From positions 1 to 64,000 of the forward strand of contig NMRA01000232.1 in the NCBI GenBank assembly GCA_002633005.1: a stretch of DNA of 64,000 nt. The letters are read 5' to 3'. This DNA is from Phoronis australis (taxonomy: Eukaryota; Animalia; Phoronida). A model generated the notes under the pieces. The model did not search any database and was not told the origin of the DNA. It was given only the letters and a program-made list of their open reading frames with translations. Within the stretch, counting starts at the first letter, position 1. Every line of letters starts with the position of its first letter. Positions 11,755 through 23,500 of this stretch are shown here, piece after piece. A program made the position numbers and the translations under genes.

Positions 11755-12406
11755 TAGCTATGCTATGAAGGAAAGTTGTATATGAAGCTTCATCACCTGT
11801 TGTGCAATGTTTCACAGGAAGTGGTGCAACATACTTACATACTTCGATAGTTTAAAAATTCCGACATCTATTGGTGAACTATGCGACCCACTTGAAAGCA
11901 ATAAAAGACTAACGAGATCTGATATCGATTTCTTTACTGAGCGCGTACTATCAGTCTAAATCATAAAATTTCCGTACTGAATTTCTGCAAGTTAGCCTCT
12001 GAGCTGCCGGTACCCTTGAAGATATCTGGCATATCGCAGTTCAAAGGAGTGTGCCTTGGGACGTTGAGGGAGGCAGGATTTTGGAAATTCTATTTAAACT
12101 GAAGGCTATTAATACACGCACCACCTAATTGATGTTAGACATTTGTTTGAACACCAGTAACTGTCAACACCAGTGGAATATTTTCTAATTAGATTTTAAC
12201 CCTTGCAATCACTCTTTTGGTTGAACGCACCTTTCAATCTGCCTCGTGAATAAAAATCTCAACCTCTTTTATTTTTTAATTCACTATGAATTTTAATTAA
12301 TTGGTGCCATTTAGTACAACGTAAGCCTAAAATAAACTATCTATAATTTAGCCGAGATATTTCGTTCGTCGTTCAAATACAAACTCATGCATAGGCGTAT
12401 GGGGGG

Positions 12407-13192
12407 NNNNNNNNNNNNNNNNNNNNNNNNNNNNNNNNNNNNNNNNNNNNNNNNNNNNNNNNNNNNNNNNNNNNNNNNNNNNNNNNNNNNNNNNNNNNNN
12501 NNNNNNNNNNNNNNNNNNNNNNNNNNNNNNNNNNNNNNNNNNNNNNNNNNNNNNNNNNNNNNNNNNNNNNNNNNNNNNNNNNNNNNNNNNNNNNNNNNNN
12601 NNNNNNNNNNNNNNNNNNNNNNNNNNNNNNNNNNNNNNNNNNNNNNNNNNNNNNNNNNNNNNNNNNNNNNNNNNNNNNNNNNNNNNNNNNNNNNNNNNNN
12701 NNNNNNNNNNNNNNNNNNNNNNNNNNNNNNNNNNNNNNNNNNNNNNNNNNNNNNNNNNNNNNNNNNNNNNNNNNNNNNNNNNNNNNNNNNNNNNNNNNNN
12801 NNNNNNNNNNNNNNNNNNNNNNNNNNNNNNNNNNNNNNNNNNNNNNNNNNNNNNNNNNNNNNNNNNNNNNNNNNNNNNNNNNNNNNNNNNNNNNNNNNNN
12901 NNNNNNNNNNNNNNNNNNNNNNNNNNNNNNNNNNNNNNNNNNNNNNNNNNNNNNNNNNNNNNNNNNNNNNNNNNNNNNNNNNNNNNNNNNNNNNNNNNNN
13001 NNNNNNNNNNNNNNNNNNNNNNNNNNNNNNNNNNNNNNNNNNNNNNNNNNNNNNNNNNNNNNNNNNNNNNNNNNNNNNNNNNNNNNNNNNNNNNNNNNNN
13101 NNNNNNNNNNNNNNNNNNNNNNNNNNNNNNNNNNNNNNNNNNNNNNNNNNNNNNNNNNNNNNNNNNNNNNNNNNNNNNNNNNNNNNNNNNNN
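12407..13192. other. Assembly gap (N run)
   Basis: Continuous n characters. Confidence 1.
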
Positions 13193-13296
13193 CAAGTTCC
13201 TGCATTTCTACAGGGAACTTCGTTCTGCTTTAGGCTCAGACGAAGATTAGTAGCGTTTCATGAGTAAACTACTATACCACTACGCCACGGCTCACC
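13193..13296 (-). ncRNA. Divergent paralog of the array small RNA; 3' end lost in the gap
   Basis: Minus strand begins GGTGAGCCGTGGCGTAGTGG, versus GGCGAGCCGTGGTGTAGTGG in the array. It continues with three hairpins of unrelated sequence, the last capped by GAAA, and shares the upstream element TTGCACCA--TCC. Confidence 0.62.
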
Positions 13297-14340
13297 TCAG
13301 CTAATGATTAATACCTGATTTGATTACAAAGAACAATACAATACGTTTGCCGGACATGGTGCAATGTCAGGCTACCCGAACAACACGGCTCATTCACTCA
13401 TAATGACCACTCACTGAACAACGCATAGCTCATGGAGCTCAGCTGCAAATTAACACAAAAAAGCAGACGTCGTCTCATTCGTTACCGTTTACATACTGAA
13501 AAGTCGAGCCCCCATGTTAAAGTCTGGGTGCGCGCTTGCGGTCGATCCTATAAGAGTACCGGCGTGGTACGATCGAGACGTCGCATTTTCAGGTTAGTCA
13601 CAGTCGACCGTCATGACCATGTCATTGGGCAACGGCAAAGGCAAGCGGCGTCCGAGTCGGCTGGTGACGGCTATGAGCCGACCGGCCGGGTTTCCGGCCC
13701 CGCGCCCGGCTCCGCCAACACGGACACGACTACGGCCCCCCGCCGGGCGGCCCGCACGGTCCGCCACCGCCATGACTACGGCTCAGTGCAGAACTGAGAT
13801 GTCTCTGCATGTTGGACCCGGGGTCATGTGTCCAAGTCATACCTTATTTAATGTTCTGCCTGGCGTGTATGATCGGGACTGAGTTTGGTGCCCCAGCACC
13901 GGCAACTCAGTCACACTGCCGGAGCCCGCTCAGCGAGACATGCTCATCAAATGTGTGAGTGAGCTGTGCTGTTCTGGTAGCCTGGCTGCAATACCGTGCT
14001 GGTCCCGACTCAGTAGGATAGCGTTTAGTGTGGACGAAAAATTGCAAAAAACTCAAGATCATATAAGTCTTCTCGAGAGGCTGTCATGCGTTATAATGAA
14101 AGCATGTGATCTTACTAACTTTGCAATGAGTGTTTTCTGACGCGGCAAAGGCTGCCCCCAAAACGATAGGTTTCTAGAGTGAATCAGCATACTTTTTGCA
14201 AATGAATGCTCCTCGTTGCCCTGAGCACTGCGCATGGGTATCTGCTACTTCCGTTGGCTATGGAGTCGTAAATTTGTAGCGGGTGACGGTTCTTTTAACA
14301 GGTTTCCGACCTGCCTTGGTCACGAATAAGTAAATACATC

Positions 14341-14347
14341 TATATAA
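14341..14347 (+). promoter_or_regulatory. Candidate TATA box of the EF-hand gene
   Basis: TATATAA about 250 bp upstream of ATG 14595, within a CpG-richer region. Confidence 0.35.
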
Positions 14348-14594
14348 GGACGTCAGAACGCATCAAAAGGACGTTTGTTAGGTTTTTGGAGCATTTGAGG
14401 GCTATTATTATTCACACTTTGCCAGTTGTCAAGGTCAACATCGGAGTTGTTCCTGGGACGTTTTATCACCGTGAGCAAGTCAGAAGTTTGCGATGGTTGC
14501 ACAGTTGGAAAACCAAGACCGAATTTGAGTTTAGCTTTTTATTGGAGCCCCAACGATAAACATTTAGTGCCTCGAACATGACAACTCCAACGCA

Positions 14595-17500
14595 ATGTTG
14601 TCTCTGAAGATGTCTTTAAATGGGTCACCACAATCGTTCTTCCCTTCTATTGCCCCTTCTAAGGGTAGTCCAGAGCGATCAACATCGCAAAAGCGTGAAA
14701 CTGGTGTTTCGGGATCTGATGGTGCAAGTGCCGTAAGTGCTTTCTCTCCCACCAAAGATGGCCGGGCAACGGAGAAAAGTCTTCCAAAATTAGTAAATGA
14801 CCGTGCTGAAACATCTACTAGTCCCGAGGAGCGCAGCCCGAGACTCAAAGTCACCACGGTAAATTTAGAGTGTGTTTTACTGAGAAATTGGTGTATTTTG
14901 TCTGGGTGTTAAAATGAAATATTATTCAAGCTATCCTAACCATCAGGTATACCCAATTTCAAATGTCTGAAGAGTCATTTCTGCTCACTAGCTGAAGCAG
15001 AGAATCTTACTGTTGTGTAAGCTTGAGGGAGCTTTATTTAGACTTACTTCCTTCCCCACAACTTGTTAGGGCACCAGCTTAAATCTTTCATGTTGCCCAA
15101 ACTGTATATGAGATTGTATATAGCCTTGGTAGAGCTTTATACTTGTATTAAGATATACCGAGAACTCTTATATAGATCTATCCATTTTGGTAAACAGTGA
15201 GCGACATAAGGTCTAATACATGGCAAAGTTGATGCTATTAAAAACTATACCCTTCTTTGAGTATTTTAGATTTATACCTATGCTAAAAGTTGTTATTGTT
15301 CCTAGGCTAAAACAAAATTCTACATTTGTTTCTGTTCAAGTGGGATTTTTCAATTATCACTATGAAACTAGTTAGCACCTTCAGGAAATGGATTCGACTA
15401 CAAACTGATATTTTTAAAAAAGGCATATTAGCAAGATTAAATTTTTGAAGCATGTGATGTAATTAAAATGGCCCATAAACTGTAAGGGTTTGTTGAAGGT
15501 GTGAAAAATGTGGCAGGTCCGAGCCTGGGAATGAATGGTGTATTTAGTTAACTGTATGAAATTGATCCCCACACTATGACAACTGGCTGTATCAATATTT
15601 AATCACAGTTTATTGGTAAAGCCGTATCTAGCAGTTGCTAATGTGTTAATTGGTTAGCAAAGACTGCACTTTGTCTTTGTACAAAAGACTATCCATTTAT
15701 CACATTCAAGGCTCATTAGTGCTGATATATCCAAACTGGAATTAGAATTGGATTTAGTGATTAATCGATGTGGGTGTCATGTTGTTTTGGATTCTTAATA
15801 GAGAAGAATAGAAGAAAAAGAACTCTTTGCTTCGTTTTTATTACTTTGAAAATATTAAATAATAAATGAACTCTTGTGAAATTTTGTGTGTTTGAAATTT
15901 TCTATTATATGGTTGTATACAATTTTTATTATATTTTCAAAGTTGTTATTCTTTTGTTTAATAATGAAAACTGCTTTGAAATTTTGTAGTTTGATCTGCT
16001 GTGGACTAGACTGCAAAATTTTTCCACCATACCTAATAATTGTGTCTGCAGGAAAAGAAAGCCAGAAATTAATATTACATTAAATAGTAATGATTGTGAA
16101 ACTGTCCACATGTGGAGGTGTAATGTATTCAGTATTGAATATCTCTATTTCAGGTTCAACAAATCAGCAAGTCCAGTGATGATCAGATGGACCATGAGTT
16201 CTATCCGGAACCGTTGCCATATCAACCTCAATTATTCAAGTGAGTCTGCTTTCTAAACTCAGTTACCATGTAATAGTAAGCTTTCTTAAGGAAATTAAGA
16301 ATAAGTTTTTGTTGTTTGCTTTGTTGTTAATTGTAATTTATTTACTCATTCAAGTGCTTAAAAATTCTAAGGGGTCCAACACTGGACTGAAATGGGTTGC
16401 TTTAAAGGTAGATACAGGCTGTTCAGAGGCTCTTGGTATCTCCTCAGTCCTTTCTTAGTATCCAGGCCTGAACTGTGTAACTTCAAGATGAAAAATAAGA
16501 AAAAGTGTTTACAGTACATTTCAAGCTCCAGTCATTTTTGAGAATGAGCTCAAATGTCATTCTGGATGGCTTTCATTGTAAGACTTGTTCATTGAAAGGG
16601 GAGTAATAGTTTGACTAAAGTGGAACCTCTTTGTTGTCACTTACTGTGCCAACATTAATGCACATACAGGCTTTGTGTCACCTCTTTATAGGACTGTTGT
16701 TTGCGTAAGATTTCACATACCAGATGTCATTTTCTGCTCGTGATAGTGAACAATTACCTTACTTTTGTCAAGTTTCCTTCTAGACAATAGCTTGAGGTGT
16801 GAACACACGAAAACAGGTTCACGTGGTAATACTTGGAAATAGTCGCGGAATAGTGAACGGTGATATACTGTTCTGTGACTGGAATGATTTCACCACATCT
16901 TCTGGGAAACACGTTGCAGAATTCTTCATTTTCATGTTAGACCAAAATTCTGTGGATGCTAAACAGGAGTCTTGTGCACCATGCCATCAAACACTGTTAT
17001 GTCACATGGCTAGCTTTTATACAGTGTTTGGTTGTTCCTTGAGCATCAGCTCTTGTTCCCATTTTGAATATTTGGGAATGCATTAGACTTGATATGCTCT
17101 CAAAAGTGTAGTGCTTGGAATTAACCTGTAATTACCTGTCACAGACAAAGTTATTGATGATGTATTGCATCTACCATCTCCACAATCTTCCATGATCCTG
17201 GCAACTGGGCACAATATACCAAGAGTGATTTTGCCTGTGGCTGTGAGGTGTTTAGTGTTGGTCTCTCTATTGACACATCTGTATTGGTTTGTTGCAGATA
17301 TTCCAAAGGTGTCCAAGAGTGATTTTTATCTTATTTATTCAAGGTGCAAATAACCCGTCATTAATGCTCGGTCTGTCGAAATCACTTTTGATTTTGACTA
17401 TTTATCATTGTAAAATTTAAGTCTCATCTTTTTCCTTGCTTAGACAGGAAATGATTTCTAGGCTTGAGAAGAACTGATAGTTCATTAATGATCTCCCCTG

Positions 17501-20500
17501 TGTTTTAGTGAACCAATTTCAATTCAGGATGAGGTATTGCAAAGCGATGATGATGCTTGTAGAAAACAAATGCACATTTGAAGAAAGTTGATGTTGATCT
17601 CAGCAGACAGTTTACTGCAGCTTTAATAAATTTTATAAAGATATGAGATGTGGCCTTTCTTTTTGTCATAGTTTTGTTGTTCGGTATTGTAACCCCCAGG
17701 GCCTTGCAGTCACCAGAATTATACCTCGGTTTGCATTTGTGCTGATCCTGATTAGAGGGGTATATAGATTGTCCTGTTTAGTCATTCTTACTGTGGTGTA
17801 ATGGAGTGCTTGCATCCAACCAATGTCTGCCCATAATCAGACGACATTGTCAAGATTCGTCATCGTCTTATATCACAAAAGTATTTCCGACAGTCCCAAT
17901 CAATGTTCTTGTGTGTCACTACAACCATTCCTCTTCATCGATGCTATCAGTATTCTGGGCGTTCTGCAGCCCTGTACTGAGTTTTAATACCTAAATTGAC
18001 ACTGTTCACTGTTTTCAACTTTTCTTATACTGTCCTAGGTCCTCCACTGTGCTAAAGATGGTTTCAGTACCAAATCGACACCAGGCTATGTTTGGTGGAA
18101 AACTATTTACCAACAGGAAAAAGGGCATCATTGTGCATGCTGAACGTTATCAGGTGAGTATGGATGGTACTGACTGCTAATGGTATACTTGGGACCTAAA
18201 ACAATTGTGTAATGCTTCTGAACATTAAATACTACTGTAGTCTCTTTAAACTGTATTTTACATAATATATTAACACCATGTTTTTTTATCTTTCAGTGGA
18301 ACCAGAAACCCAATACAGAAGAGTAAGTTACTTGTGAATATTTTCAGCTGATGTTAATTTTAATTTTATAAAGATTAACACGTTGGAAAAGATTGATGGA
18401 ATGGCCAGATGTGTAAATGTAGACATTAATGATGTTTTACTAAAACTGCGTGACTGAAGACTTGGTTGCATTCGGTAATCATGTAAGAATCTGCCAGTAG
18501 GAACTGGGTGTATATTTGAGGTTTGCTCCACTACGGAGGTGTGTACTCAAAATCCTGGTTCAGCTAAAAAGTCATCGTATGTGGACAAGCTTGAATTGGT
18601 ATTTGAGTTTTCCCAGATCTGTAATGTAATAATGGCCATGCAGCTGGTTCAGACCCTTTGGACTTCCTTTAGGATCCCCTTCTGTGTTCACCGATCTCTT
18701 GTTTGCTTGTAGAGGGTCCTGCAGCAGCTAGTTCATTAGATAGCCATTGCATTTAGTTATAAGCTAGATTAGAAATCTTCGTCTCCATTTTTCGTCACCT
18801 ATGAATTTGCATTTTCAAGGTCATTTTCTTTCACTAGCTATTCATTCTGAATCATTCTCAGTCACCATTATTTCACTACACTATTATCTTATTTGCCTGA
18901 AAAATGAAGTCAGTTTGGTGCTTCCAGTATCATCGAGTGCATTTTCTGAGTTCCCGGTTTACTTCTTTGGTTTTGTGCTGGATTTGAGTTACGAGTGATA
19001 TATTGATGAGGTCTTTATCCTAGCAGTGTTCAAGCCATTGCAACAGACACTAAACTATTACCATGAGAAACTATATGTTAATGCCATCATTGGGTAACAT
19101 AAAACTTTGAAGAATTAATTGTTTCATGACGTCAGACGCAGAGATATGACAATGCACTTATTTTCCCATCTCGAGCCTTATGCCAGGTTATCACAATTTG
19201 TCTTCAATGTTTTCTAAGTAGGGATTGGATCAAACGCTCCAGAACACCCTTAGCTATGGTCTTGTTTCCATCTCATGCCTTTAATCACCTGGGCGGGGCT
19301 AGAAACTCTGTTTTAGAATTCTCCGAACTTTAGCACCCGTTTCTGTGTTAGTGTGTACATTATTGCTCAGCAACTTATGAATCTGTTTTAACTATTTGTC
19401 CTGCTAGATAAAGCCCTCTGAACTTGTATTATTCCGTGTGTCGGGTGTAGTTGGTTTGTACCTGTATTGTTTCTGTGTGACTGCTAGTTGCTTTCTGTTC
19501 CTGTAGTTTTGTTCTCGCCTTTTCTCTTCCTTTAGTTTGCTGCAACAGCAGAGCATGCTGGCTCCACTTGGTTTCACCGAGACCAAAACTGTTTCTAGAT
19601 TGTCCCAGCGTGACAGGTTGCTAGCTGAGCGCGCTTACATGGAGCGTATGAGGGGCATCAAACGAAAACGGGAAATCCTTCCCCACAGGGAACCCAAGGA
19701 TTTGCTTATGCAAAGTGCCAAAGCCGAGTTCTCAGAAAGGTTTGTTGACAATAAAGGTTGCTCAATGCTTAAAAGAAAGAATTTGTTAAAACTAAGAGTA
19801 CAGTTGTTCATGAGCTTGTAAGTGTAGTAATTAAAGCTACTACAGAGCCACCTTCTGTCAAGCTAAGTTTGATGTTGGCCACTCACCATTAAAAACTGGC
19901 CCCTTCTTGCTCCAGTTCTTATCCAGGCTCTGCATTTGTTCATTATTTGTGGAGGCTGTGCTTGATGCAGACAATGATCCGCTGTGTCCAATCAACTTGT
20001 ATAGCCTGAGCTCATGCAATAGCAAACTGCCTGTTCTTCCTTAGCCCAGAAACCAGTTGTAGTAAGGAACAATTTGAGACCCAGTTTTGTAGCAGGTGGG
20101 GTATGTACCCGTATATCAAAACATTTTTAACAGGAGTTGGGTTTGCTATGAGCAGCTTTAAAATGTTTACTGAAAATTTCAGACTTACAGGATTTCTTGT
20201 AAGTCGTGAACAGTGTTATTTTGCAAGCTCCTGGTAAAGCAAATGAACGCTTGACATTTTGACACGAAAGTTTAGTTATTGCCATTGGCTCGTACTCGAT
20301 TTGAGCAACAGGTGAGGCTCAGCAATGTCATGTGAATGTTCAGAATACAGCTACTTTGCAGCTATCTGTAGGGAAATGTGATATTGAGATATCAGTAGCT
20401 TGCTAATAATGTTGTATTTTGTCGTCACTGTTCACAGTAGTATAACTATTAGTACATTATCAGGATTGTTAAATTATACAAGCATTTGTTTTTTAACTCT

Positions 20501-23500
20501 TGTTCCTACTGACCAGGTTTGATGTGACTGGCGAGCTTCAGAGACTCAAGAGTATTGTGCTACCAGTGAATGCCCGAGAACTTTACCACGGCAAGGGCAT
20601 ACAGCTACCGTCGTAAGTTGGACAATAGTTTTAAACCAAGTCTAAACTAAACTTTCTGTTTTAATAAAGTTAGAATTAGTTTATATAATGTCCTATTTTA
20701 ACCTGCTTAGGCCATGTTTATGCAATGATCGAGCTTTCTTCTGACAAGAGCCCCCTGTGGCTGTTTTCTTAACCACTGGTTTCAAAAGCAAATATGTTGC
20801 CTCATTGCATGATGCTATTTCATTTAATAACTTTGAGAAGGAGTTATATGCAAAATTGAATTAGTTATTAAAGGTTTTTATTATACAGATTTTCAAAAAA
20901 ATCCAGTGATCTTGTTGCTAGGTGGTATAAAGTAAGTTTAGTTACTCTTAACGAGCTACATTCGATACCGTAAATACTGTATTAGTCATGTACAAGTTCA
21001 AAACTGGTGTTTTCATTATGGGAATTGAGGATGAACCAGAATACTCACTCCTACTGGAGTCTGTTTTGTGAAAAGTGACTGAAGATTTAAGCTTAGAAAT
21101 TCATGAAAATAATTAAATCTCATTTGAGTAAAAGTATTTGAGGATAATTATACACACAATTACTGGTTACTGATGTGATTACTATACTTTTTTCTAGACT
21201 GTCATGCACGCAATGGCTAAGCCTTTTTTCAGCAATATTCAGGGCTTGGAATTTTCCGCGGAAACGCGGATTTCCGCTTTTTTGAAATGTGCTTTCCGCT
21301 TTTTTATAATATTTCCGCGTAAAAAAATCGGATTTGATATGAAATTTCCGCGGCAAATTCCTTTCTTACCGCGGCGTTGCAGACGACGTTCACCTCGGAA
21401 AGCGGAAGTCTTTATGTTTCGGAGGAACGTAAATTGTCAACATTGCCGGGGCATCTGGGTAAAGCGTGGTGTGATTTTCAATGACGACTCGTGTTATTGT
21501 TAAGCGCGGCGACAAATACTACCGCTCTGCAGCCAAATTTGTGTGGGTTGGGAGTGGACGGGTGAGCGAAAAGGACGCAGACGCATGCTACTGATGGTGG
21601 TAACGTTTTTTTTTTTTTTATTTTAGTCCTCCCGATTTTTGTCGTGGAAAGGTTCACATTGACCCATTTCAAAGGCTGGTTATCGGGCATGATTTGGGCC
21701 GTAAAAGTTTCCGCGTTTTTTGTCATTGGTCATTCCAAGCCCTGAATATTGTAAAATAGGAGCATTTGTTCAAATTTATGTCTTAAGTCTAAAGACAGTT
21801 TTCATGAAACTGACTCTTGTTGTTTGAGTAGTATTTAGTATGTAATTGTTTTAAAAACGTGCATGCTGATGTCTTAACATAGCACCAGTTGATGCTGTCA
21901 AATGTTCTTTGACAGAAATCACTCAAGTCTGAAGCCCCGCCCTCGACCTCCACCTTATCCCAGTCAAACAGGTAAGACTGCGTCACACAGTGTGCCATTG
22001 TTAGTGGTCTGATAAACTGCAATGTAGTGCTTGGATCAGTAGTGTTTTTAAGCCGTGGCGTCAGGCATAGAATGTTTTGCTGTTTATGCTTTAGTTAGAT
22101 TGTCTAACGTACTGATATGGTTGAGACCTGTGTATAGTCATTGCAGTGTTGTACCAGGGAGTTATGAATTAAGGTGAAATCTTGATGGATTTATTTGTAT
22201 GGTGTGGCAGCTGTTGATGTCATAATTGGTGACATACATTGGCCAAGGAAACAAAGACGGAAAGGATGGGCAGCATTTGCTGCTCTAAGTCAACTCTCAA
22301 CATGGATGTTCAGTTGCCTTTGACTAGTGGTCTTTTTTTGCTTTTACTTTCACATAGTTACATTGTCAACTGCCTCACAAAAAATTGGTGAGATCCTTTG
22401 TTGGACTAACGTGATCTATCATGATCTTGCTAAAGTCGATAGAATCTGGCCAATTAACTTGCTAGAATTTAGACAATTAATCCATTATAATCTCGCAAAA
22501 CCTGCTGGAAGCTAGCCTTGATGTTTAGTGAACACATCTTGGATGTTGTGGTCAGCACTTGTCTGTAATCTGTAAACATGAGGGTCAACTCCTGGCTCCA
22601 ATATCTACTCGACTCAGGTGGAAAATAGTACTTGCTTACTGAAGGGGAGTTAGGGATTGATCTGTAACACCAGGCACTCTCATCATGGTATGAAAAGCCT
22701 TGACCTACGGTGCAGGAATAGTTTAGACATCTTTTAGACATCTTTCTCCAATGATTCAACGTGCCAGTATAACTGACCAATCATTTCAATAGTGACCATT
22801 TTCTTAGAATACACTAGCCATTCACTAAATGTAATCTTGCCTCATTTCACTAAGTTCTAAAGAAACTCGCCTTAGGGAAAGGAACCTGGAACAACACTCA
22901 CACCTGTGACATTCAGGCCTGGGCAAAGTTAACTCCACATCTCAGACATGAGTAACACCTCAGGATAGTGCTCTACTCCTTGGCAATGAATACGAGCTTA
23001 CGATAATGCCAGAGAATGATATGAATGACTTTCACACCTGTATGGCTGTCAATCTCATATGGAACACAGACAGTTGAGATAGAGAAAGCAGGTGAACAGA
23101 GCCACAAATGAAAAGCGCTGCAAAACGACCAGCATTTTTGTTGTCAGTAGTAGTGTTAACACCACTGATGTGAAACATTTAGTGAAACTGTAGAAAAGTG
23201 TATGTTGTAGCCACTTAACCAGGAACAGGACATTTGTGATGTCTACTCTAATCTTGTTTTGTGGTCTGTCTCTCTTTAATGGCCTTCTCTAAGAGTATCG
23301 ACTTATGACAAATTTATCCATGACGTTTTGTTGAAAATTGGCAACGCAATTTGTATATGCCACAGCAATATCAGTAATGGTACTCATTTATTTGTGTATA
23401 AGACCTGTGATCAACAGTGGGACATCTGTGTGAGCTGATGATATCTAGCATACTTCCAACGGCTTTGTAAATGGGATGGAAGTTATAAATGTGGTCGTCT

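Larger units (their letters stand above)
5015..11830 (-). repeat. Tandem array of nine units (period ~700-960 bp), each carrying a highly conserved ~190-bp core (small RNA gene plus upstream region)
   Basis: The core aaaaagacgagtgtcgg...ccactacaccacggctcgcc...tggtgcaa recurs at 5015, 5713, 6627, 7358, 8303, 9245, 10206, 10937 and 11642. Spacers fall into a short class and a long class. Confidence 0.97.

Noticed and set aside
5015-11830. CRISPR-like repeat-spacer array
   Set aside because: Repeats are ~190 bp, spacers are 500-770 bp and homologous to each other, the context is eukaryotic, and no cas-like ORF is present.
12341-13250. Long ORFs of 284-287 aa
   Set aside because: Artefacts of translating the N gap.
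13701-13711. GCCGGGCGCGG on the minus strand, matching the 7SL/SRP RNA 5' end
   Set aside because: Similarity stops after 11 nt, and no Alu-domain or helix-8 motif follows.
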